DNA of 64,000 nt. Origin: an uncultured Spirochaetota bacterium. Its GTDB lineage: Bacteria; Spirochaetota; Brevinematia; Brevinematales; JAOACQ01. The stretch lies in assembly GCA_963835575.1 (NCBI GenBank), contig CAWIGG010000002.1, positions 1,248,001-1,312,000 on the forward strand, in the 5' to 3' direction. Position numbers and translations under genes: made by a program. The notes below the pieces were generated by a model, which saw only the letters and a list, made by a program, of their open reading frames with translations, had not been told where the DNA came from and did not search any database. Positions 7,609-17,854 of the stretch are shown piece by piece (the first letter of the stretch is position 1; each line of letters starts with the position of its first letter).

Positions 7609-10386
7609 CTAAAGGGCTTTAACTATGGGGTAACATCTTTCGCAAAGTTCGGGATGTTCCGGGTACTCCCCTACTTTTTCAGAATAATTCCAGCAGCGGG
7701 CGCATTTTTTCCCTTTTGCTTTCTCCGCGAAGACGCTGACATTTTCATCCTGCGCCGTTACTGTTTTTATATTATCCGTCAGAACGGCCTCGGAAACAAT
7801 AAATAAATAACGGAGCGAATCCTTTTGCTCATTAAGCAGTTCGGCATATTGCTTATTCAGCGCTTTTATTTCCACTCTTGTTTCCAGGCTGCTGCCTATT
7901 AATTCCTTGTCCGATTCGCCGCTCCTTAGAAACTCGACCGCCTTGAGCACAACATCCCTCACTTTGAGAATGCCGGTAAACTTTTTATAGATTTCCTCAT
8001 TATTCCACTGAGTGTCCGTATCATTCCAATCCTGCAGATGGATACTGTCTTCCTGGTTTTTCGCGAAATAATTAAGGAATACTTCTTCCATTGTGAACGG
8101 CAGTACCGGCGCCAGCATCAGCATGATGTTCTTTAAAACATAGTACATGGTTGTCTGGGCTGAAAGCCTTTCCCGCGATTCTTTCGGATAGGTGTAAAGC
8201 CTGTCCTTGAGCATATCCATATAAAAAGCGCTCATATCGACCGCGCAGAAATTATAAACTTCCCTGAAAGAACGGTAAAACTCAAAGTCATCATTGAATT
8301 TTACGACGTTCCTGTTCAGCCGGTAGAGAAGCGCCAGTACATATTTATCCACATCCAGGAGTTTATCATAAGACAGGGCTTTTTCAAGCGAAAATCCGGA
8401 CAAATTACCTAATAGATAACGGAAGGTATTCCTGAGCTTCCGGTAGCTTTCCGTGCACTTCTGAATAAGATGTTCCCCTATCCGCATATCATCGCGGTAA
8501 TCCTCAGAAACGACCCAGAGCCGGAGCACATCCGCCCCGAATTTCTCATAAACTTCCTTCGGTGAAACGGCGTTGCCGGCGCTTTTGTGCATGGGTTTGC
8601 CCTGCTCGTCCAGGGTCCAGCCATGCGTCACGATCGTCTTGAATGGAGCGTTATTCTTTATCGCGACCGAGGGCCAGAGAGATGACTGAAACCAGCCCCT
8701 GTACTGGTCGTTTCCTTCCAGATAAACATCGGCCGGGCTGTGGAGATTTTCTCTTTTATCCAGTACGGCGATATGGCTCACGCCCGAATCAAACCACACA
8801 TCAAGGATATCAGTCTCTTTTTTAAACTCCGTATGACCGCATTTCGCGCATTTCGCGCCTGCGGGCATGAGTTCCTGCGGGCTTTTTTTATACCAGGCGT
8901 CTATGCCTTCTTTTTTAACAAGATCTATGATTTTATCAATAGACTGTTTATTGAGGACCGCTTCGCCGCATTTCTCGCAGTAAAAAGCGGGAATCGGAAC
9001 GCCCCAGTTCCTCTGCCGCGAGAGGCACCAGTCCGGCCGTCCGGCGAGCATGTTCTTGATCCTGATCTCGCCCCATTCCGGCACCCATTTGACCTTCGAC
9101 AGCTCATCCAGGGCCTTTTTCTGGAGCTTTTCATCGGAAACGCGGAAAAACCACTGGGGCTTCGAGCGGAAGATGATCGGGTTCTTACAGCGCCAGCAGT
9201 GCGGGTAGCTGTGAGTTATGTCTTCCCTGTGGTACAGGACATTTTTTTTATCCAGCAGTTCTATGATCTTTTCATTGGCGTCAAAAACATTTATTCCTTT
9301 GAATTCGGGGACTTCATCCGTAAAATTGCCTTTATCATCAATCGGCGACAGCAGAGGAAGGTTGTTTTCCTGCCCGATGATGAAGTCTTCCATACCATGC
9401 CCCGGCGCGGTATGAACAATGCCGGTACCCGTATCCATTGTGACATGGATGCCGAATACGATCTTAGATTCCCTGTCTATCCAGCAGTGATTGACCTTCA
9501 TTCCCTCAATATCTTTTTTAGCAAGCGCGACAACTTCTCCCGGCTTTAACTGCCTGGCTGTCAAGACTGAATTCATGAGCTTTTCCGCCATTATGAGGTA
9601 TTCTCCTCCGGTTTTCACGGCCACATATGCCTCATCCGGATGGAAAGAGAGGCCCGTGTTGGCAGGCAGCGTCCATGGGGTCGTCGTCCAGATGAGAACA
9701 AAGACCTTTTTGCCCGATAATTTACCGACATTATGCTTAACGACAGGAAATTTCACATAAATGGAAGGTGATTTATGATCATGGTATTCTATCTCCGCTT
9801 CAGCGAGAGAAGTATTGCAGTTGATGCACCAGTGGACAGGCCGGAGCCCGCGGTATATATAATCATGCTCCACAAGCTTCCCGAAGGCCTCAATAATGGC
9901 CGCCTCATATTCTTCCGACATTGTCAGGTATGGGTTTTCCCAATCGCCGAAAATACCGAGCCGGATAAAGCTGTCCATCTGTATCTTCACAAATTTCGAC
10001 GCGTACTTCCGGCATTCGGAACGGAGGGCAATCGGCGGGATCTTGCCCGCTTTTTCACCCAGTTTCTCGATAACCTTAAGCTCGATGGGAAGGCCGTGAC
10101 AGTCCCAGCCTGGAACATAAGGCGTTTTATAGCCCCGCAGGAATTTATATTTATTGATTATATCCTTGAGAATTTTATTGAGGGCCGTACCGACATGAAT
10201 CTCTCCATTCGCGTAGGGAGGCCCGTCATGGAGAATAAAATCCGGCGCGTCTTTCCTTTTTTCCTGCTGTTTCCTGTAAATCCCGATATTCTGCCATTTT
10301 TTTACATATTCAGGCTCTTTCTGCACAAGGCCTGCTTTCATGGAGAAATCGGTTTTAGGCAGGTTGACCGTCTGGCTGTAATCCAT
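7609..10386 (-). CDS. ileS: Isoleucine--tRNA ligase (type 1, C-terminal zinc finger)
   Basis: LHDGPPYANG, GWDCHGLP, WTTTPWT, GTGIVHTAPGHG, DWCLSRQR and KCARCW...LCERC motifs. Confidence 0.97.
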   Translation of the reverse strand: MDYSQTVNLPKTDFSMKAGLVQKEPEYVKKWQNIGIYRKQQEKRKDAPDFILHDGPPYANGEIHVGTALNKILKDIINKYKFLRGYKTPYVPGWDCHGLPIELKVIEKLGEKAGKIPPIALRSECRKYASKFVKIQMDSFIRLGIFGDWENPYLTMSEEYEAAIIEAFGKLVEHDYIYRGLRPVHWCINCNTSLAEAEIEYHDHKSPSIYVKFPVVKHNVGKLSGKKVFVLIWTTTPWTLPANTGLSFHPDEAYVAVKTGGEYLIMAEKLMNSVLTARQLKPGEVVALAKKDIEGMKVNHCWIDRESKIVFGIHVTMDTGTGIVHTAPGHGMEDFIIGQENNLPLLSPIDDKGNFTDEVPEFKGINVFDANEKIIELLDKKNVLYHREDITHSYPHCWRCKNPIIFRSKPQWFFRVSDEKLQKKALDELSKVKWVPEWGEIRIKNMLAGRPDWCLSRQRNWGVPIPAFYCEKCGEAVLNKQSIDKIIDLVKKEGIDAWYKKSPQELMPAGAKCAKCGHTEFKKETDILDVWFDSGVSHIAVLDKRENLHSPADVYLEGNDQYRGWFQSSLWPSVAIKNNAPFKTIVTHGWTLDEQGKPMHKSAGNAVSPKEVYEKFGADVLRLWVVSEDYRDDMRIGEHLIQKCTESYRKLRNTFRYLLGNLSGFSLEKALSYDKLLDVDKYVLALLYRLNRNVVKFNDDFEFYRSFREVYNFCAVDMSAFYMDMLKDRLYTYPKESRERLSAQTTMYYVLKNIMLMLAPVLPFTMEEVFLNYFAKNQEDSIHLQDWNDTDTQWNNEEIYKKFTGILKVRDVVLKAVEFLRSGESDKELIGSSLETRVEIKALNKQYAELLNEQKDSLRYLFIVSEAVLTDNIKTVTAQDENVSVFAEKAKGKKCARCWNYSEKVGEYPEHPELCERCYPIVKAL

Positions 10387-10527
10387 AGAGATACTCCTGT
10401 TATTGATTTAAAAGGATATTCATTATAAAAAAATATCTCATTTATTTCAAGGAAACTCCACTATTTACATCATAAATGTAATTCCAGTACTGATTATCAA
10501 AATATTTCTCATATAATTTTCAATAAG

Positions 10528-10565
10528 TGCAAATATATTTATCAATGTTGATAAATATATTTGCA
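10528..10565. promoter_or_regulatory. Perfect 18-bp-arm palindrome, candidate operator
   Basis: TGCAAATATATTTATCAA-TG-TTGATAAATATATTTGCA in the divergent ileS/ygbA-like intergenic region. Confidence 0.55.
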
Positions 10566-10628
10566 AAAATAGATATCAATTATTAGAATTATTTAATAGT
10601 TAATCAATATGGAATTTGGAGAGCCGTC

Positions 10629-10931
10629 TTGTCTGTCAGGAAAAAGGAATCAAAAACAATCGGCTTGATGATCGGGCTCTATTGCCGTAAAACACATAAA
10701 TTTCAAGGGCTTTGCCCCGAATGCGCGGCATTAATAGTGTATTCAGAAAAGAAAATCGCTAAATGTGTTTGGAAAGATGATAAACCTGTCTGTACCAATT
10801 GTTCGATCCATTGCTTTAATATCGGAATGAGAGAAAAAATCAGGCGGGTTATGAGATATTCAGGCCCGAGGATGATTCTGATTCATCCTTTTTTAGCGAT
10901 AGAACATCTTATCAGGACATTAATGAAATAA
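10629..10931 (+). CDS. YgbA-family (nitrous oxide-stimulated promoter family) Cys-rich protein
   Basis: MIxLYC..H...CPEC...C...KPxCxxCxxHC...IRRVMRYSGPRM pattern; TTG start with GGAG RBS. Confidence 0.85.
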   Translation: MSVRKKESKTIGLMIGLYCRKTHKFQGLCPECAALIVYSEKKIAKCVWKDDKPVCTNCSIHCFNIGMREKIRRVMRYSGPRMILIHPFLAIEHLIRTLMK

Positions 10932-11018
10932 CTCTCACAACAGCCGTCAAATATATGACGCTTTTTTAGTAGTAAGGAAAGCAGGAATGGTTTTTAATAA
11001 ATTGAGAGGTAAAAATAA

Positions 11019-11640
11019 TTGGATCATTTTGTCTGGAAAAAGGAATATGAAACCGGAATAGAAGAAATAGACTCTCGGCATAAAGAACTGTTTGATAGAT
11101 TGAATAAAGGGCAGTTCTAAAAACTCAAATATTTAGAACTGCCGCTATTATATGAGTTCATGCTACCGCCCGAGTTCGCTGTCTAAAAAGATCATCAACC
11201 AGCGAACTTTATACGGTAGCGCCAATTAAATTTACAAGAGATTCTATAACCGGGGCAGTTCCAAAACCTATGTTGGAAATATCTGATTGATTTTGAGTTT
11301 TTGGAACTGCCCTAAATTTATTCTTTCTTTTTATGAAAATAAGGAAAAACAGGAATTAATTGAAATTTCAAAATTTTTACAGAAATATGTCGAATGACAT
11401 TTTAATACCGAGGAAAGATTATTCATTAAATATCTATATCCTTACGCAGAAGATCATATCGATGAGCATGAATCATTCAGAGAATTTCAAAAATCCATAC
11501 ATGCCGAATTAATAAAGGGTAATATAACGCTTTCATACGCTGTTGAAGTTGAAAACAAACTTAAAAACTGGTGGGATCATCATATACTGGAAAGCGATAT
11601 GAAATATGCGCCCTTTTTGAAAAGCGATAAATATTTTTAA
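11019..11640 (+). pseudogene. Bacteriohemerythrin pseudogene (MITE insertion plus in-frame TGA)
   Basis: MDHFVWKKEYETGIEEIDSRHKELF...[MITE]...YVE*HFNTEE...DHIDEH...WWDHHILESDMKY: iron-ligand motifs H, HxxxE, HxxxH and HxxxxD are present. TGA at 11395-11397. Not in the ORF track. Confidence 0.85.
11109..11312. mobile_element. 204-bp MITE-like element
   Basis: Terminal IR GGGCAGTTC(T/C)AAAAACTCAAA (20/21). TSD TAAA at 11105-11108 and 11313-11316. Removal restores the hemerythrin frame. Confidence 0.85.
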
Positions 11641-12908
11641 CTTATAAGATTTAAATCAACCATCTTACCGCATTCCGAAGATCGAAATAATATTAAGCCT
11701 GATCAGGTCATCAATTTTTCGAATGCTCTTTTTCCAGTTCGGAATACGCGACCTTTCCGACCCGCGTCAATGGAAGTGTTGAACGGAACTCCACTTCCTC
11801 CGGCACGCTCCATTTGATCAGGTGCTTTCTGCAGTGTTCAATGATATCCTTTTTTTCTTCTTCTGTCGCTTTTGACGGTTCTTTCAAGATGATAATCGCT
11901 TTAACTTTCTGCATTTTATACTGATCCGGCACGCCGATTACACAGGAAAGTGAAATATCAGGATACTGGTCCAGCACTTCCTCAACCATAACCGGCGAAA
12001 CGCTTACGCCGGAAACTTTGATAATGCGTTTCATCCTCAGTTTAAAATAGACATAACCGTCGCTGTCCATTGAGCAGATATCGCCGGTATGAAGCCAGAT
12101 TAAGCCGTCTTTATGCTTAATTAATGTCTGCGCTGTTAAATCAGGACTGTTCAGATAGCCAAGCATGAGCGTCGGGCCGGCTATACAGAGCTCACCGTCA
12201 TTCCCCGGCGGTAATTCTCCGGTTTTCCCGGGCTCGACAATTTTTGCGCTCATATCAGGCAGGGGAATACCGGCGCTCCCTTCCCGATAAGCTTTTTTCG
12301 GCGTCGCAATGCAGGCTGTAACGGATTCAGTGAGGCCGTACCCTTCCAGCAGCTCAGCGCCGCCTCCCCGCTCTTTTATCAGCGCGTCGAACCGCTCCTT
12401 TATGCTTTTAGGGAGTTTATCGCCGCCAGCGTAAGCTGTTTTCAGACAGGCCAGGCTGATTCTCTTCATGATTTTATTGCGCAGAAGAGCCTCATAAAGT
12501 GTCGGAACGCCGGCCATATATTGAGGCCGTTCTTTTTTGATCAAACCAGCCACTGTTTCCGGAGTAAAACGTGGAACAAGAACGCATTTTCCGCCTCTAA
12601 TGAGGAATGTATGAATGCAGACGCCCAGACCGAAGCCATGAAATACCGGCAGGATGGATAGAATGGTATCGCCAGCCTGGATCGGCCCCTGCGAAGCGGT
12701 CTGCAGTCCGAGGCAGTTGAAATTCCGGCTGGTCAGCATTATGCCTTTGGGAAGGCCTGTCGTCCCTCCGCTGTATAAAATCACGGCGCATTCATCAGGC
12801 TTCAGCGGTGTCACTCCGCATCTGGCAGTAACAGTTGTAGAAATCAGGTCATTCCACCATAGTATCCGTTTATCGCCGCGCGGTACTTTTTTTATTTTTC
12901 TCCCGCTG

Positions 12909-14583
12909 TTGCCTGTCGGTTTTTATAACATGCTTCATGGACATACGGCAGGGTTCCCGTTAAAATAAAACGGGAGAAAAAGATGGCAAGATTTGAAAAG
13001 AACAGCCTGGAGCAGGGTGAGTTCCTCGCGATCAATATAGGCGAGCAGTTTGATGAGAATTCCAGAGAATTTATACTAAAAGAATTCATCAAAAACCGTA
13101 TTAAACTGGAGGATTTCGCGGCTTACTATAAGAACAACCATAGAGGCAGAGAGATTAAAAATCCTCGGGATGTGATCTGTGCGGTACTCTACGGTTACAT
13201 TACGGGAAATCGTATCAGCCGAAAGATAGAAGATTTGCTGAAAAAACACATTGGGTTTATGTATGTTTCAAACCGGCTGAAAATTGACCATTCGGTAATT
13301 TGCGAGTTCAAGGTACTTTTTCAGGAAAAGATCGAGGAGTTGTTCAGCCAGCTTTTATATATACTCAACGAAATGGGGTCTATAGATTGGGACATGGTAG
13401 TGGGTGACGGCACAAAGATCAAGGCCTACGCGAGTAAGAATAAGAATGTGGGAAAGAAACATACCCGGAAGCTGATGGACACTTACCAGAAGATGGCGGA
13501 AAAGATTGTGAAACAAGACCTGGAACTGGAAGAATCTTACCGGGAAGGCAAGCTGGAGCAGCCTTATTACGAAGCGGAGAAGAAGCGGGTATCAAGGCGG
13601 AAAAAGATTTACGATAGTGTTTTGAACCAAATCGATGAATACAAAAAACAGGTAGAGAGAGGGGAAAAGACAGACGAAGAATTCACCAACCTGACTGATC
13701 CCGAAAGCAAGCTGATGTCTGGAAATCCGCATAGTGTGTTTATACAGGGATATAATTCGGCGATGATGGTCAGTAATAATGATGTGATTATAGATTTTGA
13801 AGCAATCACAACACCGGAAAAACAGCATACGGAAGAAATGGTAAAGAGGGTGGAACAGAAAAAAGCGGAATTAAAAGTTGATAAGGCTAGCAAATACCTT
13901 TTTGATTCGGGTTTTCAGGACATGGAAGAGACAATCCGGATGGTGGAGGAAGGAAAAGACCTTTATGTGGATACGAAAGAGCGGGATTTCAGTGATAAAT
14001 CACAGAAGCGAAGAGACTTTAAACTGGAAAAGATTGATGACGAATATATCCTGGGATGCCGGGGCGGCCGTAAGGAAAATGGGTATTTAGATCGAAATAA
14101 CCAAAGATATACATTTTTGTATTCACGGAAGGGCTGTGAAAGATGTCCATTTTTCAGTGAGTGTTATAAAAACATCAAACCGAAAACACAGCAAAAGACA
14201 GTAATTTTCAGTGAGTTTGAATTGAATAATCGGTCTAAGATTGATGCTTATTTAACAAAACTTTACAGCGAAGAAGGGCAAAAGATATACAACCGCAGGA
14301 TAGGTAAAGAACACGTATTTTCAAACATCAAAACACAGAAGGGTTATGTTCAGACAGTTTACAGAGGTCAACGGAAAGTGAATTTGGAGCTATGCTGGGT
14401 ATCCCTTGCGCATAATTTTATGAAATATGCCCAATATTTGAGAAAATAGAGAGGATTTTGTATAGTCTGAGTATCGATTATTCGAAATTTATTATTAAAA
14501 TCAGCTAAGCTGACAAAATTTTTATTTGCCCGCTTATTGTAAGGGGCTGGTTTGACTCCGAAAATGAAATAACCGACAGGCAA
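12909..14583 (+). mobile_element. IS1182-family insertion sequence (1675 bp)
   Basis: Terminal IR TTGCCTGTCGGTT / AACCGACAGGCAA; 4-bp TSD GCTG at 12905-12908 and 14584-14587. Confidence 0.9.
12983..14449 (+). CDS. IS1182-family transposase
   Basis: DGTKIKAYAS, NLTDPESKLM, QGYN, DSGF, CxxC region, EHVFSNIK...HN motifs. Confidence 0.85.
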   Translation: MARFEKNSLEQGEFLAINIGEQFDENSREFILKEFIKNRIKLEDFAAYYKNNHRGREIKNPRDVICAVLYGYITGNRISRKIEDLLKKHIGFMYVSNRLKIDHSVICEFKVLFQEKIEELFSQLLYILNEMGSIDWDMVVGDGTKIKAYASKNKNVGKKHTRKLMDTYQKMAEKIVKQDLELEESYREGKLEQPYYEAEKKRVSRRKKIYDSVLNQIDEYKKQVERGEKTDEEFTNLTDPESKLMSGNPHSVFIQGYNSAMMVSNNDVIIDFEAITTPEKQHTEEMVKRVEQKKAELKVDKASKYLFDSGFQDMEETIRMVEEGKDLYVDTKERDFSDKSQKRRDFKLEKIDDEYILGCRGGRKENGYLDRNNQRYTFLYSRKGCERCPFFSECYKNIKPKTQQKTVIFSEFELNNRSKIDAYLTKLYSEEGQKIYNRRIGKEHVFSNIKTQKGYVQTVYRGQRKVNLELCWVSLAHNFMKYAQYLRK

Positions 14584-15093
14584 GCTGATAAGAAAAAAAG
14601 TGATGCTTTTTACCGGGCTTAAGTAATCGCTGATTTTAGTGAGCAGCAGGGTTTTTACATTTGTTTTATCGAGTATCCGGCTGAAATTCTCATAAAAAGC
14701 ATCCAGTGTCACGGCCCAGACGCTCCGGCTTTCCTTTAAATAAAACTCTATTTCAGAAGGCGCCGAGAGAGGATGGATCATGCTGGCCACAGCTCCGATT
14801 TTATTAAGCGCATAAAATAATATGACTGCCTGCGGGCAATTCGGAAGACTAATCGTAACCGTATCAGCTTTTTTCAGCCCGCATAACAAAAGTGTGTCGG
14901 CTGTATGATCTATTTCTGTGAGCAGCTTTTTATATGTGGAACGCGTTCCCATAAAATTATAGGCTGTATTTTCAGGGAAAAGCAAAGCGGCGTCAAGCAC
15001 CATCTCGTACATTGTTTTATCCGGATAAACGATGGAATGCGGAACATCACCGTAAAACTTCAGCCAAGGCTTTTTTTCATTCATAAATCTGCC

Positions 15094-16002
15094 CTATTTT
15101 GATTTCTTCGATCTTTTTTCACTGACTGTACGGCCGCCGTCAGATAAAATCTTATCAACATTTAATTCCGTGTTTTCAAGCAGTTTCGGGTTTTCGATCA
15201 TTTTTCTAAAAAGTTCTATTGACCTGGCGCAGTAAAAACCCTCAGTAATCCTCTCATCCAGGGTAAAAGTAACATTCACAACATCCCTGGCTTTTATTTT
15301 ATTGTTTTCGTCCACAACCGCTTCCTTATGCATCTTTCCGATCATCATAAATATGCTCGCGCTGCCGTATTCAAATAGATGATGATAGGGAGCGTCCAGT
15401 CCGATGCTGCCGAGGTTCGCGAGAAATACGCTTGTGTAAAGGGGGATCGCTTTCATAAGAAAATCGGGCAGCATATTATGGTAATCCAATGAGCGTATCA
15501 GCCATGCGATAAAGTTGATGAAAGGCCTGGGAAAAGAAGCCACAAAATCGATTAATTTATCGTCATCACCTTTTTTCGAGCTCCTGGCTACAGCGAGATG
15601 AGAATTTATTTTTTCCCTGATACCTGCGAGAGTTTCATAGCCGGAAAATACAATCCTGGCATTCGATTCCCCGGCTTCCTCTGTAAACTCTTTCTTAACA
15701 ACAAAGTTGAGACTGATATCCCTGTGTTCGTAAATTCTCCGCCCCGCAATGAAACGGTTCAATTCAGGACGCATTTTAATTGTCCGGACCGCCGCCGCCA
15801 GCATTATGTGGAATAATGTAAGCCTCTTTTCCTTATTCTTTCCCTTATTCGCCTTTTCAAGATACTTAAGCAGATTTGTCATGTCTATTTTTTCAGTAAA
15901 GTATATAAGCGATTCCATCCGTGTTTTCATCAGGTAGGGAAAAATACGCCTGAAGGCTGGGAGTTTTTTCAAATAAATTCCATCTTTACGATGGGTAAAC
16001 AT
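15094..16002 (-). CDS. Stand-alone 2-oxoacid dehydrogenase E2-like acyltransferase domain protein
   Basis: PELNR, ANLGSIG and TLDERI motifs; no lipoyl domain. Start taken at ATG 16002 (AAAGGAG RBS). Confidence 0.75.
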   Translation of the reverse strand: MFTHRKDGIYLKKLPAFRRIFPYLMKTRMESLIYFTEKIDMTNLLKYLEKANKGKNKEKRLTLFHIMLAAAVRTIKMRPELNRFIAGRRIYEHRDISLNFVVKKEFTEEAGESNARIVFSGYETLAGIREKINSHLAVARSSKKGDDDKLIDFVASFPRPFINFIAWLIRSLDYHNMLPDFLMKAIPLYTSVFLANLGSIGLDAPYHHLFEYGSASIFMMIGKMHKEAVVDENNKIKARDVVNVTFTLDERITEGFYCARSIELFRKMIENPKLLENTELNVDKILSDGGRTVSEKRSKKSK

Positions 16003-16230
16003 AACAGCTCCTTTGAATATATTCAAAGTCAGTACCAAAAACAAGGGTTTTTGGACCCGCTTTTTTTTATATATTCATTTAAATTATATATTTTATAAAT
16101 TAAATGGAACTGATAAAACTATCTTTTTCTATTAAAAACCGGAATACAGTGTATTATAAAACTGATCGAAAATCAAGATAAAAATTCAGAGTATGAGGAT
16201 TTTTTCTGATAAGAGATTTATTAATTAAAA

Positions 16231-17750
16231 GTAACTATCCAGCCACTAAAAAATAGTCACATGAAATATTTGCATTGAGCATGAAACCATGCTATTCTAT
16301 AGCATGAATGAAGATAGAAGAGAAAAAGACTGTGCGGCCTGCTTAAAACGATTTGAAGGCATCATTGCTGATTTACAAAACCAGATAAAGGAGCAGGGTT
16401 TAATCATTCAAAGACAAGCGGAAAAGATTAAGAAATTGGAAGAACAGCTTAATAAGGACAGCCATAACAGCAATAAACCGCCGTCTTCCGATAATCCATT
16501 CCAAAATACAGTAAAGAATTTACGGAAAAAGAGCGGTAAAAAACAAGGCGGCCAGTTTGGACATAAGGGAAATACTCTGAAGAAAGTAGAAAGCCCTGAT
16601 AAGATCATAGAACATCAGGTTGAAAAATGTTCCTGTTGTGGAATTGATTTAAGTTCCGAATCAGTTAAGCGGACGGAAAGAAGGCAGGTGTTCGATATAC
16701 CTCCGATAAAAGTGGAAGTTACCGAACATCGCTCGGAAGTAAAAGATTGTCCGCATTGCGGTGCGAGAGTAACGGCGGAGTTTCCGGAAGGCATAACCAA
16801 TAAGGCACAGTATGGAAAAAACATTAAAGCGCATCTGGTCTATATGAAAACATATGGGTTGATACCCTATGAAAGGCTTTCGGAATACGCCGAATGTTTA
16901 TTGGGAGTGCCGCTCAGCAAGGCAACGATTGAAGGATTTATCCGGGAGACCTACAATAAATTAGAAGAGTATGAACAGAAAGTCATAGAACTGATACTAA
17001 AAGAAGTGGTTCTTCACTGTGATGAAACCGGTATTCGGATAAAAGGGTTATTAAAATGGCTCCATGTTGCCTCGAATGAACGTTTTACCTATTATTTTTC
17101 TCATGACAAACGCGGCACAGAGGCGATGCGTGCGATGGACATTCTCACAAGATTTACCGGTATTATTATCCACGATGGATGGAAAAGTTATCTGGAATTC
17201 TTATGCCGTCATGGATTGTGTAATGTACACCATTTGAGAGAGCTAATCTGGATACATGAGGAAATGGGTCAGGAATGGGCTAAGGAGATGGGTAATCTTC
17301 TTATAAGGATTAAGAATGATAAAGAGGCAAGTTTTCCAATACCGGCGGAAAGGATTATAGAATATGATACGGAATATGACCGGATCATCGCGAAAGGATT
17401 TGCTGTAAATCCAACGCCTGAAAAGCCGGAAGGACTTGTTAAACGCGGCAGAAAAAAGCGGGGCAAGGTTTTATGCCTATTAGACCGATTAAGAAAATAT
17501 AAAGAATCTGTCCTTTTATTTATGCGGGAAAAAGATGTTCCATTCAGCAACAATTTGGCGGAACGGGATATCAGAATGATAAAAGTCCAGCAGAAAATAT
17601 CAGGTACATTCAGAAGCTGGAATGGAGCGGCTGCCTTTTGCAGAATCAGGGGTTATATATCTACAGTAAAAAAGATGGGCGTCAGTGTTTATCAAGCCCT
17701 TATTGACGCGTTGAACGGCTCCGCTATTAAATATGCGGCTGGATAGTTAC
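16231..17750 (+). mobile_element. IS66-family element, single-ORF (ISBst12-like) type, 1520 bp
   Basis: Perfect 14-bp IR GTAACTATCCAGCC; 8-bp TSD AATTAAAA at 16223-16230 and 17751-17758. Confidence 0.93.
16289..17746 (+). CDS. IS66-family transposase
   Basis: NSxKPPSSD, GGQxGHKG, zinc ribbon, HCDET, HDG, CNVHHLREL and NNLAERDIR motifs. Confidence 0.93.
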   Translation: MLFYSMNEDRREKDCAACLKRFEGIIADLQNQIKEQGLIIQRQAEKIKKLEEQLNKDSHNSNKPPSSDNPFQNTVKNLRKKSGKKQGGQFGHKGNTLKKVESPDKIIEHQVEKCSCCGIDLSSESVKRTERRQVFDIPPIKVEVTEHRSEVKDCPHCGARVTAEFPEGITNKAQYGKNIKAHLVYMKTYGLIPYERLSEYAECLLGVPLSKATIEGFIRETYNKLEEYEQKVIELILKEVVLHCDETGIRIKGLLKWLHVASNERFTYYFSHDKRGTEAMRAMDILTRFTGIIIHDGWKSYLEFLCRHGLCNVHHLRELIWIHEEMGQEWAKEMGNLLIRIKNDKEASFPIPAERIIEYDTEYDRIIAKGFAVNPTPEKPEGLVKRGRKKRGKVLCLLDRLRKYKESVLLFMREKDVPFSNNLAERDIRMIKVQQKISGTFRSWNGAAAFCRIRGYISTVKKMGVSVYQALIDALNGSAIKYAAG

Positions 17751-17812
17751 AATTAAAAATAAATTATCATTTCCCTAATAATTTCTAAATTAATTATGAA
17801 TTTAAATAAAAA

Positions 17813-17836
17813 AGAGGCGCGTTTTCACGCGCCTCT
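17813..17836. terminator. Rho-independent terminator (probably bidirectional)
   Basis: AGAGGCGCGT-TTTC-ACGCGCCTCT with an A-tract on the left and T-tracts on the right. Confidence 0.75.
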
Positions 17837-17854
17837 GATTTTTGTTTTGAATTA

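Larger units (their letters stand above)
11711..15084 (-). pseudogene. Long-chain fatty-acid--CoA ligase (AMP-binding) split by IS1182
   Basis: The N-terminal part (15084-14584) and C-terminal part (12904-11711; YSGGTTGLPKG, GYGLTE, TGD) rejoin in frame (...FFLIS-GRKIKKVP...) to give 564 aa after IS removal. Confidence 0.9.

Noticed and set aside
7609..10386. Non-canonical HIGH/KMSKS motifs (HVGT, PMHKS) in IleRS as a resistance variant
   Set aside because: These look like ordinary variation in class I synthetases; no functional claim can be supported from sequence.
11395..11397. In-frame TGA in the hemerythrin as selenocysteine or recoding
   Set aside because: The gene is already broken by a MITE, the position is not a conserved Cys, no SECIS-like hairpin is evident, and TGA serves as a normal stop elsewhere in the window.
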